64,000 nucleotides of DNA from Helicobacter cetorum (GTDB lineage Bacteria > Campylobacterota > Campylobacteria > Campylobacterales > DZAY01). The position numbers were made by a program, and so were the translations under genes. Shown piece after piece: positions 41,560 to 51,990 of the stretch (positions are counted from its first letter, which is position 1; every line of letters starts with the position of its first letter). The stretch is taken from NCBI GenBank assembly GCA_022729735.1, contig DZAY01000005.1:40420-104419 (forward strand). Direction: 5' to 3'. The notes beneath the pieces are model-generated. The model was not told where the DNA came from. It did no database searches and worked only from the letters and a program-made list of their open reading frames with translations.

Positions 41560-43959
41560 ATGAGTAATAAAGTTAATATTTGGGCTGTTTATAGTGTAAT
41601 ATTTTTTGCACTTATATTACCAATGGTATTTGGTATCTATTTTCAATCATTACAAATTTCACAATTTATAAATGTGCCATTTCACTCATTTTTAGAAAGT
41701 ATAGGAGCTTTTGTAGGAGTTTTGATTGCGACTTTGCTTTTAATATTTGCTAAAAAAAGTGATTTATATGATTATGTTAAATTTGCTTCTCTATCTATTT
41801 TATCAATGTCAATATTTGATGCAATACACTCTATACTTAAAGTTGGCGAACTGTTTGTATTATTAAATGGTTTATCAATTTTAAGTGGTGGATTTATCGC
41901 TTCGCTTGTTTGGTTTTCGGATATAAAAATATCATACATAAAATATACAAGACTCTTTTTTACTCTACTACTGTTTATAATTGTAACAGTTACTATCTCA
42001 TATTTAAATGAAGATTTAATCCCTCAAATGATAAATAGTAATGGAACTTTTTCAAAAGTGGCAAATCTATTAAATATCGCTGGTGGTTCTCTATTTATAT
42101 TAGCATCACTATTTTTTGTAAAAAAGTATTTAGAAAATGGTAATGATATAGAGCTATTTTTAATGGGACACTCGATGCTTTTTGGAACAGCTGGGCTTTT
42201 ATTTATATTTTCAAATATTTGGAATATTGAGTGGTGGCTTTGGCATATTCTTAAATTTAGTGCATATAGTTTAACACTTATCTATTTTCTTATACTTTTA
42301 TACTCTTATTTAAAAGAAATATTTTCAAAATTAAACACTTTAGAGAATGAAAACAAAACTTTAAAAGAGTCTTTGAATATTTTAAGTGAATATAAAAGAG
42401 CCATGAATGAAGGTAGTATTGTATCTATTGGAAATAGAAATGGAATTATTACTTATGTAAATGATGAACTTTTAAAAGTTACAGGATATGAAAAAGAAGA
42501 GGTAATTGGAAAACCTCACAGTATTTTTAGGCATCCAGATACTCCAAAAGATATATTCAAAAATATGTGGAAAACTATTGAAAGTAAAGAAATTTGGCGA
42601 GGTGTTTTGAAAAATATTAAAAAAGATGGAAACTATATTTTTATTAAAATCACAATTGTTCCAATTCTTAACAATAGTGGTGAAATTTTGGAATATATTG
42701 CATTTAGAGATGATATTACAGAGCTTATGAATAGTCAAGAAAATTTTAAAAGTATGTTTTATACAGACCATTTAACAAAACTATACAATAGATTGAAACT
42801 TTTAGAAGATGTCAAAAGAGCAGATAATCCATTTATTGCAATATTTAATATTGATAGTTTTAAACAACCAAATGATTTTTATGGTGATGAGTTTGGTGAT
42901 AAAATAATTCAAACTATTGCAAACAAACTATTTGAAGAGTTTAGTGATGTTGGATTTAAGTTATATAGAAACCATGCTGATGAATTTACACTAATTTATG
43001 ATTACAAAATTGGAATTAATTTTATAGAGTTTTTAGAGCGAATTAAAATTTTTCTAAATTCTATTAATGAGAGCAAAATTGTGATTGATGAAGAAGAGTT
43101 AAATATCACTCTAAGTGTTGGTATTTCAAAAGATACTACAGATTTAGTTAATGCTGATTTAGCTCTAAAAGAAGCAAAAAAGAGTAAAAAAAGTATAGTA
43201 GTTTTTGATGATAATTTACAAATCAAAAATATTTATCGAGATAATTTAGAATGGACAAAAAAGATAAAAAGTGCATTGAGTGAAGATAGAGTAAAAGTTG
43301 CACTTCAACCAATATACAATATAAACGATAGTGAAATAGAAAAATATGAAGCATTAGTTAGAATTATTGATGAAAATGGTGAAGAGATTTCTCCATCTCA
43401 TTTTTTAGATGTAGCTAAACAGACAAGACTATATTTAGAAATTACAAAAAGAGTTGTTCAAAAAGTGTTTAAAATTTTGAATGAAGTTGATAAGGAGATT
43501 TCAATTAATATTTCTGCTCAAGATATTATAGATGAAGAGACAAAAGAGTTTATATTAAACAATTTAAAAGAGAGTAAAAATTCAAATAGAGTTGTATTTG
43601 AATTGGTAGAGTCAGAAGGAATAGAAACATTTAGCACTTTTAAAGAGTTTGTAGAAAAATTGAAAGAGTTTAATTGTAAATTAGCAATTGATGATTTTGG
43701 CACAGGTTATTCAAATTTTGACTATTTAATGAAATTAGAAGCAAACTATATAAAAATAGATGGAAGCTTAATTAAAGATATAGATATAAATGCAAGTAAG
43801 GCAAATTTAGTTGAAACAATTGTAACATTTGCCAAAAAAAATGGTTTAAAAACTGTTGGAGAATTTGTTGCTGATAAGAGTATATTTGATAAACTTAGAG
43901 TCTTAAAAGTTGATTATGCACAAGGTTATTACATCGGAAAACCAAAATTGTGGAATTAA
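41560..43959 (+). CDS. Membrane sensor-PAS-GGDEF(degenerate)-EAL c-di-GMP phosphodiesterase
   Basis: Multi-TM MASE-like N-terminus; PAS (RHPDTP); GGDEF degenerate as HADEF; intact EAL (EALVR, ELVES, DDFGTGYS, KIDGS, GEFV, QGY). Confidence 0.9.
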   Translation: MSNKVNIWAVYSVIFFALILPMVFGIYFQSLQISQFINVPFHSFLESIGAFVGVLIATLLLIFAKKSDLYDYVKFASLSILSMSIFDAIHSILKVGELFVLLNGLSILSGGFIASLVWFSDIKISYIKYTRLFFTLLLFIIVTVTISYLNEDLIPQMINSNGTFSKVANLLNIAGGSLFILASLFFVKKYLENGNDIELFLMGHSMLFGTAGLLFIFSNIWNIEWWLWHILKFSAYSLTLIYFLILLYSYLKEIFSKLNTLENENKTLKESLNILSEYKRAMNEGSIVSIGNRNGIITYVNDELLKVTGYEKEEVIGKPHSIFRHPDTPKDIFKNMWKTIESKEIWRGVLKNIKKDGNYIFIKITIVPILNNSGEILEYIAFRDDITELMNSQENFKSMFYTDHLTKLYNRLKLLEDVKRADNPFIAIFNIDSFKQPNDFYGDEFGDKIIQTIANKLFEEFSDVGFKLYRNHADEFTLIYDYKIGINFIEFLERIKIFLNSINESKIVIDEEELNITLSVGISKDTTDLVNADLALKEAKKSKKSIVVFDDNLQIKNIYRDNLEWTKKIKSALSEDRVKVALQPIYNINDSEIEKYEALVRIIDENGEEISPSHFLDVAKQTRLYLEITKRVVQKVFKILNEVDKEISINISAQDIIDEETKEFILNNLKESKNSNRVVFELVESEGIETFSTFKEFVEKLKEFNCKLAIDDFGTGYSNFDYLMKLEANYIKIDGSLIKDIDINASKANLVETIVTFAKKNGLKTVGEFVADKSIFDKLRVLKVDYAQGYYIGKPKLWN

Positions 43960-44025
43960 TTAAATGAACCTATAGACTTTTTTAATATCAGTTTGGATAA
44001 AATATGTTAATTTTTTAAATTTATG

Positions 44026-44087
44026 AAAGGAGTAGTCGCCATAATTAGAGCTAAGTAGCTTTCATTATCTAAGCCGACTTAAATATG
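44026..44087 (+). promoter_or_regulatory. Structured leader: Shine-Dalgarno, 46-nt hairpin, ATG
   Basis: AAAGGAG at 44026-44032; pairings AGTCG/CGACT, ATAAT/ATTAT and AGAGCT/AGCTTT over 44034-44079; ATG at 44085. Confidence 0.6.
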
Positions 44088-47000
44088 AAGATAGGTAGAA
44101 GTATTGTATTAGCCAATCTCCTCATTGGCATAGGTTTTGGTGCAACAGATGTAAGTTTTACAACAACTCCAACAGGTTATATAAAAGATAAATCATCTGC
44201 TAAGTTATGCTTAAGTAATTATAACTACTCAAATCCAGCAAATGCTTATGTAGATTATAATTATAGCTATGATAATAATGGAACTTGGTTTGATGCTAAT
44301 GGTATAACGGATTGTGTATATATGAGCCTACTTAGTGATGGAACACACTCTGTAACTGTAAAAGCTTGGACAAGTGATTATAATAGTTCTATTACAAGCA
44401 CTTATAGTAATAATACAACATCTTCATCATTCGTAATTGATACAACAGCTCCAACATCACCAACACTAATTACAAATACAAGTATGGGTGGAACAACTAC
44501 AACAAATGCAACGGATATAAACATTACAACAAATGGAGATTTAAATTTAACTTTTAATTCACCACTAAGTAGTAGTGATATTACATATTATAGATACTAT
44601 TTAAACTCTAAAACTTATTCAAATGATATAAATGTAACTAAATTTAATACAATTGAATTGGAAAATTTAGGAGATGGAACTCATACTTTATATATTTGGT
44701 CAAAGGATTTAGCAGGAAATGAACAAAGTGATACTCAAAGAACTAAAGTAAATATTACAGTAGATTCTACTAAACCAACTATATCTACAATCAATTATGA
44801 TGCTTTTACTCTAAAAAGTGCTTTAGAAGTTAATGTTACAACTGATGAAAATATTAGTAACTATAAATATGATGTAAATGGAACTGGTTTTGTAACTGTT
44901 GCAAACAGTCCAACTGATAAAGGTTTTGATTTATCTCTTAGCAAAACAACTGGGGAATATAATATTTCTATTTTGGTGCAAGATTTATATGGAAATTGGA
45001 GTGAAGAAAAAAATATAACAATAGTAAATGATACTCAAAGTGCAAAACCTAAAGTTTATGGATTTATTCCAAATGGAAGTGGAACATATAGTATAAATTT
45101 ATATCCAGCTGGAGAGAGAATTTCTAAATATAAATATAGTATTAATGATGCTCCATATAGCTCAACTTACAATGTAAATGAAGCAAATATTTCACTTAGC
45201 AACTCTCTATTTGCCAATGGATTAGACCATAATATAACTATCATATCTTATGATTTTGATAATAATAGCTATACAGAAACTTTTAAATGGAAACAGTTAA
45301 GTGATAGTAATAACTCTATAACATTTATAAATTTACCAACAGCACTTACAAATTCAAAAACTGTAAATACAACATTTAGTGGAGTTAGTGGAGTTAATTA
45401 TAGTTATGAATTAAATGGCTCAAATAGTTTTGGAATTAGTGGTTTTGCTACAACTAGTGGAACTATTAGCACAACAGTGAGTAGTGATGGAGATTATAAT
45501 ATTTCAATTATTGCACCAGATAATAATAAAACTATATATAGCTTTAAAGTTGATAGCACGGAAATAAATTCAAGCAGTGCAAACTTTGCTTCAAATATAT
45601 CAAAAAATGGTGGAATAACTGCTGATAATCTTTTGAATTTCAAACTTTATGCAAAAGATGCAATAGCTTATAGTTATGCTTTAAATGGAAACACATATTC
45701 AAGCACTTATCCAATCAGCTCAAATACAATTTCACTTACAGGTTTAGGAGCAAATAGCTACTATTCACCAATCAGTAGTTCAAATTTACCAAATTTTGGT
45801 GCAGGTGGAACTGTTGAAGAGACTCTATATCAAGAGATGTTAAATATAAAATTTTTAGATTTAGCTGGAAATTGGAGCAGTCCAATAGCATTTAACTACT
45901 ATATAGATAATATCACTCCAAGTTTTGCAATTAGCAAAGCTGATGCAAATGAAACACACACAATTTTAAATATAAAAGCAACATCAAGTGATGCAAAAGA
46001 GTTTAGTTACTCACTAAATAGTGACACATATTCAAAATATATTCCTTTAAACTCTTTATTAGAAGCAAATGTAACTTTTGTAAATTTAAAAAGTGGAGTT
46101 CATAACTTTAGTGCAAAAGTAAAAGATAAAGTTGGAAATGTAGCATCGCCAATATCTTATAGCTTTAGTGTTGGAAATGCTTCAATTCCAACAGTTGGAA
46201 TTAGTTATATTGCATCACAAGTTTCAAATCTTCCAAATATTGGAAATGCAATTTATGTAGGTTATCCAGTTAGTTTTGATATAAATGATAGCACATTGAC
46301 ATATTATGCTTGGAATTTTGGTGATGGAACAACTTCAAGCTCAAAAAATGCAAGTAAAACTTATACTCAAGCAGGAACATATACAGTAACTTTTGTTGGA
46401 AGATATGCAAGTGGAGTTGAAACTACTACTTCACAAACTATAAGTGTTGGAACTCTTAGCTCATCTCAAACATCAATACCAACTACAACAACTCCAACTA
46501 CAACAGTAACTACTCCAGTAGTAAGTTATCCTGTTGTTGAAACACCTATTATTAGCACACCAATAGTAACAACTCCAACTATTCCTACTTTATCAATAAA
46601 TGGTAATTCAGTTACATATAGCTCAAGTGGATACTCAAATGTTACTAAAACAGTAGTTAGTGGCAAAGATGCCGTAGTTGTAAATAGTGGTGAAGTAACA
46701 ATTAATTTAAACCAAAATACACCTTTAGCAGTTGGTCAAACACTAATTTATCCAAATAGTAGTGGTAGTATAAAAGTATTATCAGGAAGTAGTGCAGATT
46801 ATGGTGTGTTTAACTCATACTCTAAAAGTGGAAATAGAGTTGTAATAATACCAACTCAAAAACTAACAATCGACTCTAATATAGTAGAAGTTGGAGAAAG
46901 TGTAATATTTGAAGATGGTATTTTGAAATATATTGTATATGGCGATGGAAGTAAAACAACTATTGGAAATCCTATTAATAGTTCTACATTAAGTAGTAGT

Positions 47001-47696
47001 TATGGATTAACTATAAATAGTGGATTTTTGCCATATATTAGTGGAGATGCAAGGGGTTATAATTTAACAGACTCTTTAAATGAAGTTATATCTAATAAAT
47101 TTGGATTTAATTATAAAATTTCTCAAAAAAGTAGTGGATTAGCAGATAATAATAATGCTCTATTTGGAACACTTTCACTTCAACCAATTGGTTATATTGA
47201 AGCAGTTTCAAATAAAACTCCATCAATAACTCAAAATAGTGATGCAACACTTACAGTAGTTACAGAAAGTGCAAAAGTAAAATTAGCTCCTATGATTTAT
47301 GATATAGATGCCTTTAAAGCTAAATTCGGAACATCTACAATATATTGGCAAGATAACCATATTGAATTTAACCAAAATAGTAAAAGATACTCATATAGAG
47401 CTTATCCATTCATAAATCCAACTTATAGAAGTGGTGAATATTATGAGTTTAGCTCTAAAAAACAGTATATTTATCCAGCATCACATATGTTTAATGAGAC
47501 AGATAGTGCTTTCAAATCACTTTTTGGAAATTCTGTAAGCGAAACTTTTATGGGTAAAATAGTGGTTGGTAATAGTGTTTATTCAATCTCACCAGAGTTA
47601 ATATATGGAACACAAAACCAAACAGTTGTAAATAGTGGTAACACAATATCTATAAAATATAGTGATGGCTATATTCAGAAATTTATAAAGGAGTAG
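44085..47696 (+). CDS. Exported Ser/Thr-rich multi-Ig/PKD surface protein (1203 aa)
   Basis: Signal peptide; repeated Ig-like units (DGTH, DLAGN, DTTAP); PKD motif WNFGDG...YTQAGTYTV; Pro/Thr linker; distinct C-terminal domain. Confidence 0.8.
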   Translation: MKIGRSIVLANLLIGIGFGATDVSFTTTPTGYIKDKSSAKLCLSNYNYSNPANAYVDYNYSYDNNGTWFDANGITDCVYMSLLSDGTHSVTVKAWTSDYNSSITSTYSNNTTSSSFVIDTTAPTSPTLITNTSMGGTTTTNATDINITTNGDLNLTFNSPLSSSDITYYRYYLNSKTYSNDINVTKFNTIELENLGDGTHTLYIWSKDLAGNEQSDTQRTKVNITVDSTKPTISTINYDAFTLKSALEVNVTTDENISNYKYDVNGTGFVTVANSPTDKGFDLSLSKTTGEYNISILVQDLYGNWSEEKNITIVNDTQSAKPKVYGFIPNGSGTYSINLYPAGERISKYKYSINDAPYSSTYNVNEANISLSNSLFANGLDHNITIISYDFDNNSYTETFKWKQLSDSNNSITFINLPTALTNSKTVNTTFSGVSGVNYSYELNGSNSFGISGFATTSGTISTTVSSDGDYNISIIAPDNNKTIYSFKVDSTEINSSSANFASNISKNGGITADNLLNFKLYAKDAIAYSYALNGNTYSSTYPISSNTISLTGLGANSYYSPISSSNLPNFGAGGTVEETLYQEMLNIKFLDLAGNWSSPIAFNYYIDNITPSFAISKADANETHTILNIKATSSDAKEFSYSLNSDTYSKYIPLNSLLEANVTFVNLKSGVHNFSAKVKDKVGNVASPISYSFSVGNASIPTVGISYIASQVSNLPNIGNAIYVGYPVSFDINDSTLTYYAWNFGDGTTSSSKNASKTYTQAGTYTVTFVGRYASGVETTTSQTISVGTLSSSQTSIPTTTTPTTTVTTPVVSYPVVETPIISTPIVTTPTIPTLSINGNSVTYSSSGYSNVTKTVVSGKDAVVVNSGEVTINLNQNTPLAVGQTLIYPNSSGSIKVLSGSSADYGVFNSYSKSGNRVVIIPTQKLTIDSNIVEVGESVIFEDGILKYIVYGDGSKTTIGNPINSSTLSSSYGLTINSGFLPYISGDARGYNLTDSLNEVISNKFGFNYKISQKSSGLADNNNALFGTLSLQPIGYIEAVSNKTPSITQNSDATLTVVTESAKVKLAPMIYDIDAFKAKFGTSTIYWQDNHIEFNQNSKRYSYRAYPFINPTYRSGEYYEFSSKKQYIYPASHMFNETDSAFKSLFGNSVSETFMGKIVVGNSVYSISPELIYGTQNQTVVNSGNTISIKYSDGYIQKFIKE

Positions 47697-47699
47697 ATT

Positions 47700-48230
47700 G
47701 TGAAGAAAATTCTATTAGCAGTTAGCATATTTAGCTCTATCTCTTTTGCTTATACTTTGGAGAGTGGGTGGAATATGGTTGGAAATTGTGGAACTACTCC
47801 GATTGTAGTTTCATCAATTGCAAAAAGTGGTGATAAAGTATATAGTTATGATGGAGTTAAGTGGAGTGAATATTCAGATTCTAAAAAAGAGCTTTCAAAT
47901 ATAGCTTTAAATAGAGGTGTATGGTTTTATTCTAAAACTAAAAGAGATATAGATTTGGGTGAATCTCAAGTATCAGTTGGAAGTTATATAGTAGATAGTG
48001 TTGATTGGAATCTTTTGAGTGCAAATGGATATATAAAACCATCAGATTTAGATAAAACTACATTTAGTGCTATTTGGAACTACTCAAATGGTGAATGGAA
48101 AGGGTATTCAAACTCTATCAATAGCTTATCAATTATTAAAAAAGGTGATGCTTTTTGGATAAATAATCTATCTTCTACTAAAATTAAATATCAAGACCCA
48201 AAAACTTTATTAGAGGATTTCTTTAAATGA
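47700..48230 (+). CDS. Exported protein made of two Trp-rich 'GWNL' repeats
   Basis: Signal peptide (SFA|Y); GWNMVG...YSYD..W...RGVWFY and DWNLLS...WNYSNGEW...GDAFWIN; GTG start with AGGAG RBS. Confidence 0.75.
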   Translation: MKKILLAVSIFSSISFAYTLESGWNMVGNCGTTPIVVSSIAKSGDKVYSYDGVKWSEYSDSKKELSNIALNRGVWFYSKTKRDIDLGESQVSVGSYIVDSVDWNLLSANGYIKPSDLDKTTFSAIWNYSNGEWKGYSNSINSLSIIKKGDAFWINNLSSTKIKYQDPKTLLEDFFK

Positions 48231-48799
48231 ATAAAAACATCATAGTAGCTCTTAGTGCAATTGTAATTGTTGGACTATTTGTTATTTTAATTGACAGTGA
48301 AGAAGAGATAAGAACTCCTAATATTGTAAAAAAAGAAGAAGTTATTGCAAGTAGTAGCACAAAATCAGTTGATATTAGTTATAAATCTTCTGTATCTTCA
48401 TCTTTAAAAGAAGAAATAAGCCAATCTTCTTCATCTATTGAAAAAGAAGCTAAATATAGAGTTTTTATTACAGATGAAAGTGGTGTAGAGATAAAAGCAA
48501 ATAGTGGTTTAGCTGTAAATATTTCATATCACCATGATAATAATAAAAAAGATGTTTTATATATTCCACAAGAGTATATTGGTAAATCTATTACATTTAA
48601 TGCTTATGATGGTGACACTCCAATTATTACTCACAAATTGGATTTTTTACAAAGTGTAAATGATGGAACAGATGTGTTAAGCGTGAAATTAGATTTAAAA
48701 AATATTGGAAGAGGTAGCTCTTTTGATATTACAAAAAAAGAGAGTGAGCGACCTGCTTTACCAGCTCAAAAAGGTGACCTTCCAAACTTTGGAGATTAA
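48227..48799 (+). CDS. Membrane-anchored protein with Ser-rich linker, function unknown
   Basis: N-terminal TM, SSST/SSVSSS/SQSSSS linker and a small beta-rich domain; ATGA overlap. Confidence 0.7.
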   Translation: MNKNIIVALSAIVIVGLFVILIDSEEEIRTPNIVKKEEVIASSSTKSVDISYKSSVSSSLKEEISQSSSSIEKEAKYRVFITDESGVEIKANSGLAVNISYHHDNNKKDVLYIPQEYIGKSITFNAYDGDTPIITHKLDFLQSVNDGTDVLSVKLDLKNIGRGSSFDITKKESERPALPAQKGDLPNFGD

Positions 48800-48802
48800 A
48801 CT

Positions 48803-50551
48803 ATGAAAAAATATTTTATTATATTAACTCTTTTATTAGCAAACTTGTATGGAAGTTCATACTATTATAGAAGTGGAGCTATTGAAGTTTTAAATGAGGT
48901 GAATTTTAATAGAGATTTAAATCGCTATTTTTTAAGAGGTAATGGTGATTTTATAGCAATTACAAATCAAGAGATACTCTTAAAAACTGGTGATATTTCA
49001 AAAATTTCTAAAGATTATAATATAACCATTAAAAGAGATTATTCTAATGGATTGTATTTAATAGAAGCACAAAACTTGGATACTCTCAAACTTTCAAATG
49101 AGTTTGTAGAAAAAAAGTTGGTAGATTTTGCACATCCAAATTTTTCTGTGCCTCATAAAAAAAGAGCTGAACCTCTGTTTATTCAACAATGGTATCTATA
49201 TTATGAAGAGCAACTACTTAGAAAATTTGGTGGTGAAATAGATAGTAGTATAAATGTTGAAGGTGCTTGGGAAATTACAAAAGGCAAAGGTGTTAAAGTT
49301 GCAATTATTGATGATGGATTTGATTTAGAACACCAAGATTTAAAAGATGGCTATATAGCACCAAAAAGTTTTTATAGATATAACAATGATGTATCTCATG
49401 TTGAAAAAAATGACCATCATGGAACTGCTTGTGCTGGAATTATTGGAGCAAGAGAAAATAGTTATGGAATGATAGGTGTTGCACCTGAGGCAACTTTAAT
49501 TCCTATACAAATCTACTCATCTATCCTATCTGATACAATAGAAGCATTTTATTATGCAAGAAATCAAGGTGCTTCTGTAATTAATTGTAGTTGGGGAACT
49601 AATAATGTAGATGATGCCTTAAAAGAGGTAATTGATGACTTAGCTACAAATGGAAGAGATGGCAGAGGAATAGTTATAATTTTTGCTACTGGAAATGATA
49701 ATATTAGTATAGAAACAGATGAATCTGGATTAGCAAATGTTATAGGTGTTGGTTCATCTACTAATGAAAATATGAGAGCATGGTATTCAAATTATGGCAA
49801 AGAGGTTGATTTAGTTGCTCCAAGTGGTGGTGGAACACTCACTGTAACTACACTTGACCCAACTGGTGATAACGGTAAAGTTACTCTTAGTTCATCTCAT
49901 CCAGATTATATGTTTGGCACAGATTCTACGGGCTTTAATGGCACATCTGTATCAGCTCCTATTGTTAGTGGTGTAGTTGCTCTTATGTTGGCAATCAATC
50001 CAAATTTAAGTAAAGATGAAGTTCAAGATATTTTACAAAAAACTGCAAAAAAAGTTGATTATTTAAGTTATCCAAATATAGATGGAAGAAATGACTATTT
50101 AGGTTATGGTAAAGTAGATGCCTTTAGAGCTGTAAAAAGAGCAAAAGAGAGTTTAGAGTCAGAAACTACACTATCTTTAAAAAGTGGTTGGAATTTAATA
50201 TCACTGCCAAAAGGTAGTAGTTATAAACTGTCTAATATAGAAAATATTGACAGAGCATTTAAATATAGTAACGGTGATTGGTTAGTTTATAGAGAAAGTT
50301 TTGATACTATAAATCAAAGTGAAGGTGTATTTGTTTATTTAAATAGTGATACAAATGTAACTTTTAGTGGAAAGCCTAATCAATTTATTGATAGCAATTC
50401 AAGTGGTTGGAGATTAATTGGTTCTCAAGAACATTTATATGAGTTAAGTGAAAATTATAATTTTGAAATTGCTTGGAAATATAGTGAAGGAGTTTGGGTT
50501 ATGCCTTTTGATATTGAAATAGGAGAGGGATTTTGGGTCAAAAAAGATTAG
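48803..50551 (+). CDS. Exported S8 subtilisin-like protease with C-terminal 'GWNL' module
   Basis: Triad IIDDG, HHGTACAG and GTSVSAP; oxyanion ATGN; GYGKVDA; C-terminal LKSGWNLISLP...GEGFWVK. Confidence 0.92.
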   Translation: MKKYFIILTLLLANLYGSSYYYRSGAIEVLNEVNFNRDLNRYFLRGNGDFIAITNQEILLKTGDISKISKDYNITIKRDYSNGLYLIEAQNLDTLKLSNEFVEKKLVDFAHPNFSVPHKKRAEPLFIQQWYLYYEEQLLRKFGGEIDSSINVEGAWEITKGKGVKVAIIDDGFDLEHQDLKDGYIAPKSFYRYNNDVSHVEKNDHHGTACAGIIGARENSYGMIGVAPEATLIPIQIYSSILSDTIEAFYYARNQGASVINCSWGTNNVDDALKEVIDDLATNGRDGRGIVIIFATGNDNISIETDESGLANVIGVGSSTNENMRAWYSNYGKEVDLVAPSGGGTLTVTTLDPTGDNGKVTLSSSHPDYMFGTDSTGFNGTSVSAPIVSGVVALMLAINPNLSKDEVQDILQKTAKKVDYLSYPNIDGRNDYLGYGKVDAFRAVKRAKESLESETTLSLKSGWNLISLPKGSSYKLSNIENIDRAFKYSNGDWLVYRESFDTINQSEGVFVYLNSDTNVTFSGKPNQFIDSNSSGWRLIGSQEHLYELSENYNFEIAWKYSEGVWVMPFDIEIGEGFWVKKD

Positions 50552-51990
50552 AAGTAGCTCTCCATTTTTTACTTATATTAGTAGTTGCATATTTTACATT
50601 TATGAAAAATTATCAATATCCAGATGCACAATTTTGGGATGAAAATTACCATATAGCTTCAGCTCAAAAATATGTTGATGGTGTTATGTATATGGAGCCA
50701 CACCCTCCACTTGGTAAAATGTTTATCGCACTTGGGGAGCATTTAATAAATCCAAATGCAAATATAAATAGAGATGAGTTTTTAAAGACAGATTACATTA
50801 AAACATTTCCTAATGGTTACTCATTTAAGGGAGTTAGATTTTTCCCTACTCTATTTGCAATGCTTGGAGCAGGACTTTTTTTCTTACTTTTATATCAAAT
50901 AAGTAAAAATTCGCTAATTTCTTTACTATTTAGCTCTCTTTATCTATTTGATAATGCTTTAATTATTCATTCAAGAAGTGCTATGCTTGAGAGCAGTCAA
51001 ATATTTTTTATACTACTTTCATTAGTTTATCTATTTTATTTAATTAATAAGCCTACTATTGCTAAGTGGTTTCACTACCTAATTTTTGGATTTAGTGTTG
51101 GATTTATTATTGCAATAAAAGCAAATGGAGCAATTTTTATACTGCTTTTTATATTTTTAGCATATTTTGATATTTATAAAAATCTATCTTTTAAAAGTTT
51201 GCTTTTTTATAGAGAGTTAATTATAAAAGGGGTTATGTTTAGTTTAGGAGTAGCTTTTATATTTTTTGCTACATTTTATATTCACTTCTCACTTGGAAAA
51301 GAGATAAAAGATAATAGAAACTACTCTGCAAGTAGTGAGTATTTAGAAATTATAAAAAATGGAGCAACTTCTAATTTGCTAAATTTTCCAATTATGATGA
51401 GAGATAATTTTGCATATATGAAAAAATATCAAGAAGGAGTTCCACAACTTGATATTTGTAAAGTTGGAGAAAATGGAAGTTATCCTGCTGGTTGGACACT
51501 TGGAATTAAGAGTATAAATTATAGATGGGCAAAAAACAGTGATGAAGTTAGATACCTTTATCTTCAAGGAAATCCAATTGTATGGTTTGGTTCACTTATT
51601 GGTGTGATTTTAGCTTTTATATTAATTGGTGCAAAGTTTGTTTTTGGTTTAGAGATAAAAGAAAAACGAGAGTTTAACTATATGATAATTTTTATGACTC
51701 TATATTTAGCATATATGATAGCAGTTATGCAAATTCCAAGAGTTATGTATTTGTATCACTATTTTATACCTCTCATTTTATCTATGGTTATACTATTTTT
51801 GGTATTTAACTATATTTTTAAAGAGTTATTAGAAGATAAAGTGTTATTAGGTGGTTTAATATTTGCTGTATTGCTTATTATATATGTGTATAACTTTTTT
51901 GCTCCACTTACATATTATGAGCCTTTAACTCAATCTGAATTTATAAAAAGGGTGTGGTTTGATTTCTGGATGCTTAAACCAATTCTCTAA
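50533..51990 (+). CDS. PMT/GT39-family glycosyltransferase (protein O-mannosyltransferase-like)
   Basis: WDENYH acidic motif, HPPLGK, SRSAMLE, GNPIVW and RVMYLYHY; multi-TM; AGGAG RBS 7 nt before the TTG start. Confidence 0.88.
   Translation: MGQKRLEVALHFLLILVVAYFTFMKNYQYPDAQFWDENYHIASAQKYVDGVMYMEPHPPLGKMFIALGEHLINPNANINRDEFLKTDYIKTFPNGYSFKGVRFFPTLFAMLGAGLFFLLLYQISKNSLISLLFSSLYLFDNALIIHSRSAMLESSQIFFILLSLVYLFYLINKPTIAKWFHYLIFGFSVGFIIAIKANGAIFILLFIFLAYFDIYKNLSFKSLLFYRELIIKGVMFSLGVAFIFFATFYIHFSLGKEIKDNRNYSASSEYLEIIKNGATSNLLNFPIMMRDNFAYMKKYQEGVPQLDICKVGENGSYPAGWTLGIKSINYRWAKNSDEVRYLYLQGNPIVWFGSLIGVILAFILIGAKFVFGLEIKEKREFNYMIIFMTLYLAYMIAVMQIPRVMYLYHYFIPLILSMVILFLVFNYIFKELLEDKVLLGGLIFAVLLIIYVYNFFAPLTYYEPLTQSEFIKRVWFDFWMLKPIL

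Noticed and set aside
44023-44058. 11-codon upstream ORF (MKGVVAIIRAK) as a leader peptide
   Set aside because: It has no SD, no regulatory codon run and no terminator; the hairpin model explains the region better.
43990-44084. c-di-GMP riboswitch in the surface-protein leader
   Set aside because: I could not see class I (GCAAAC, GNRA loop, GACGCAAA) or class II consensus elements.
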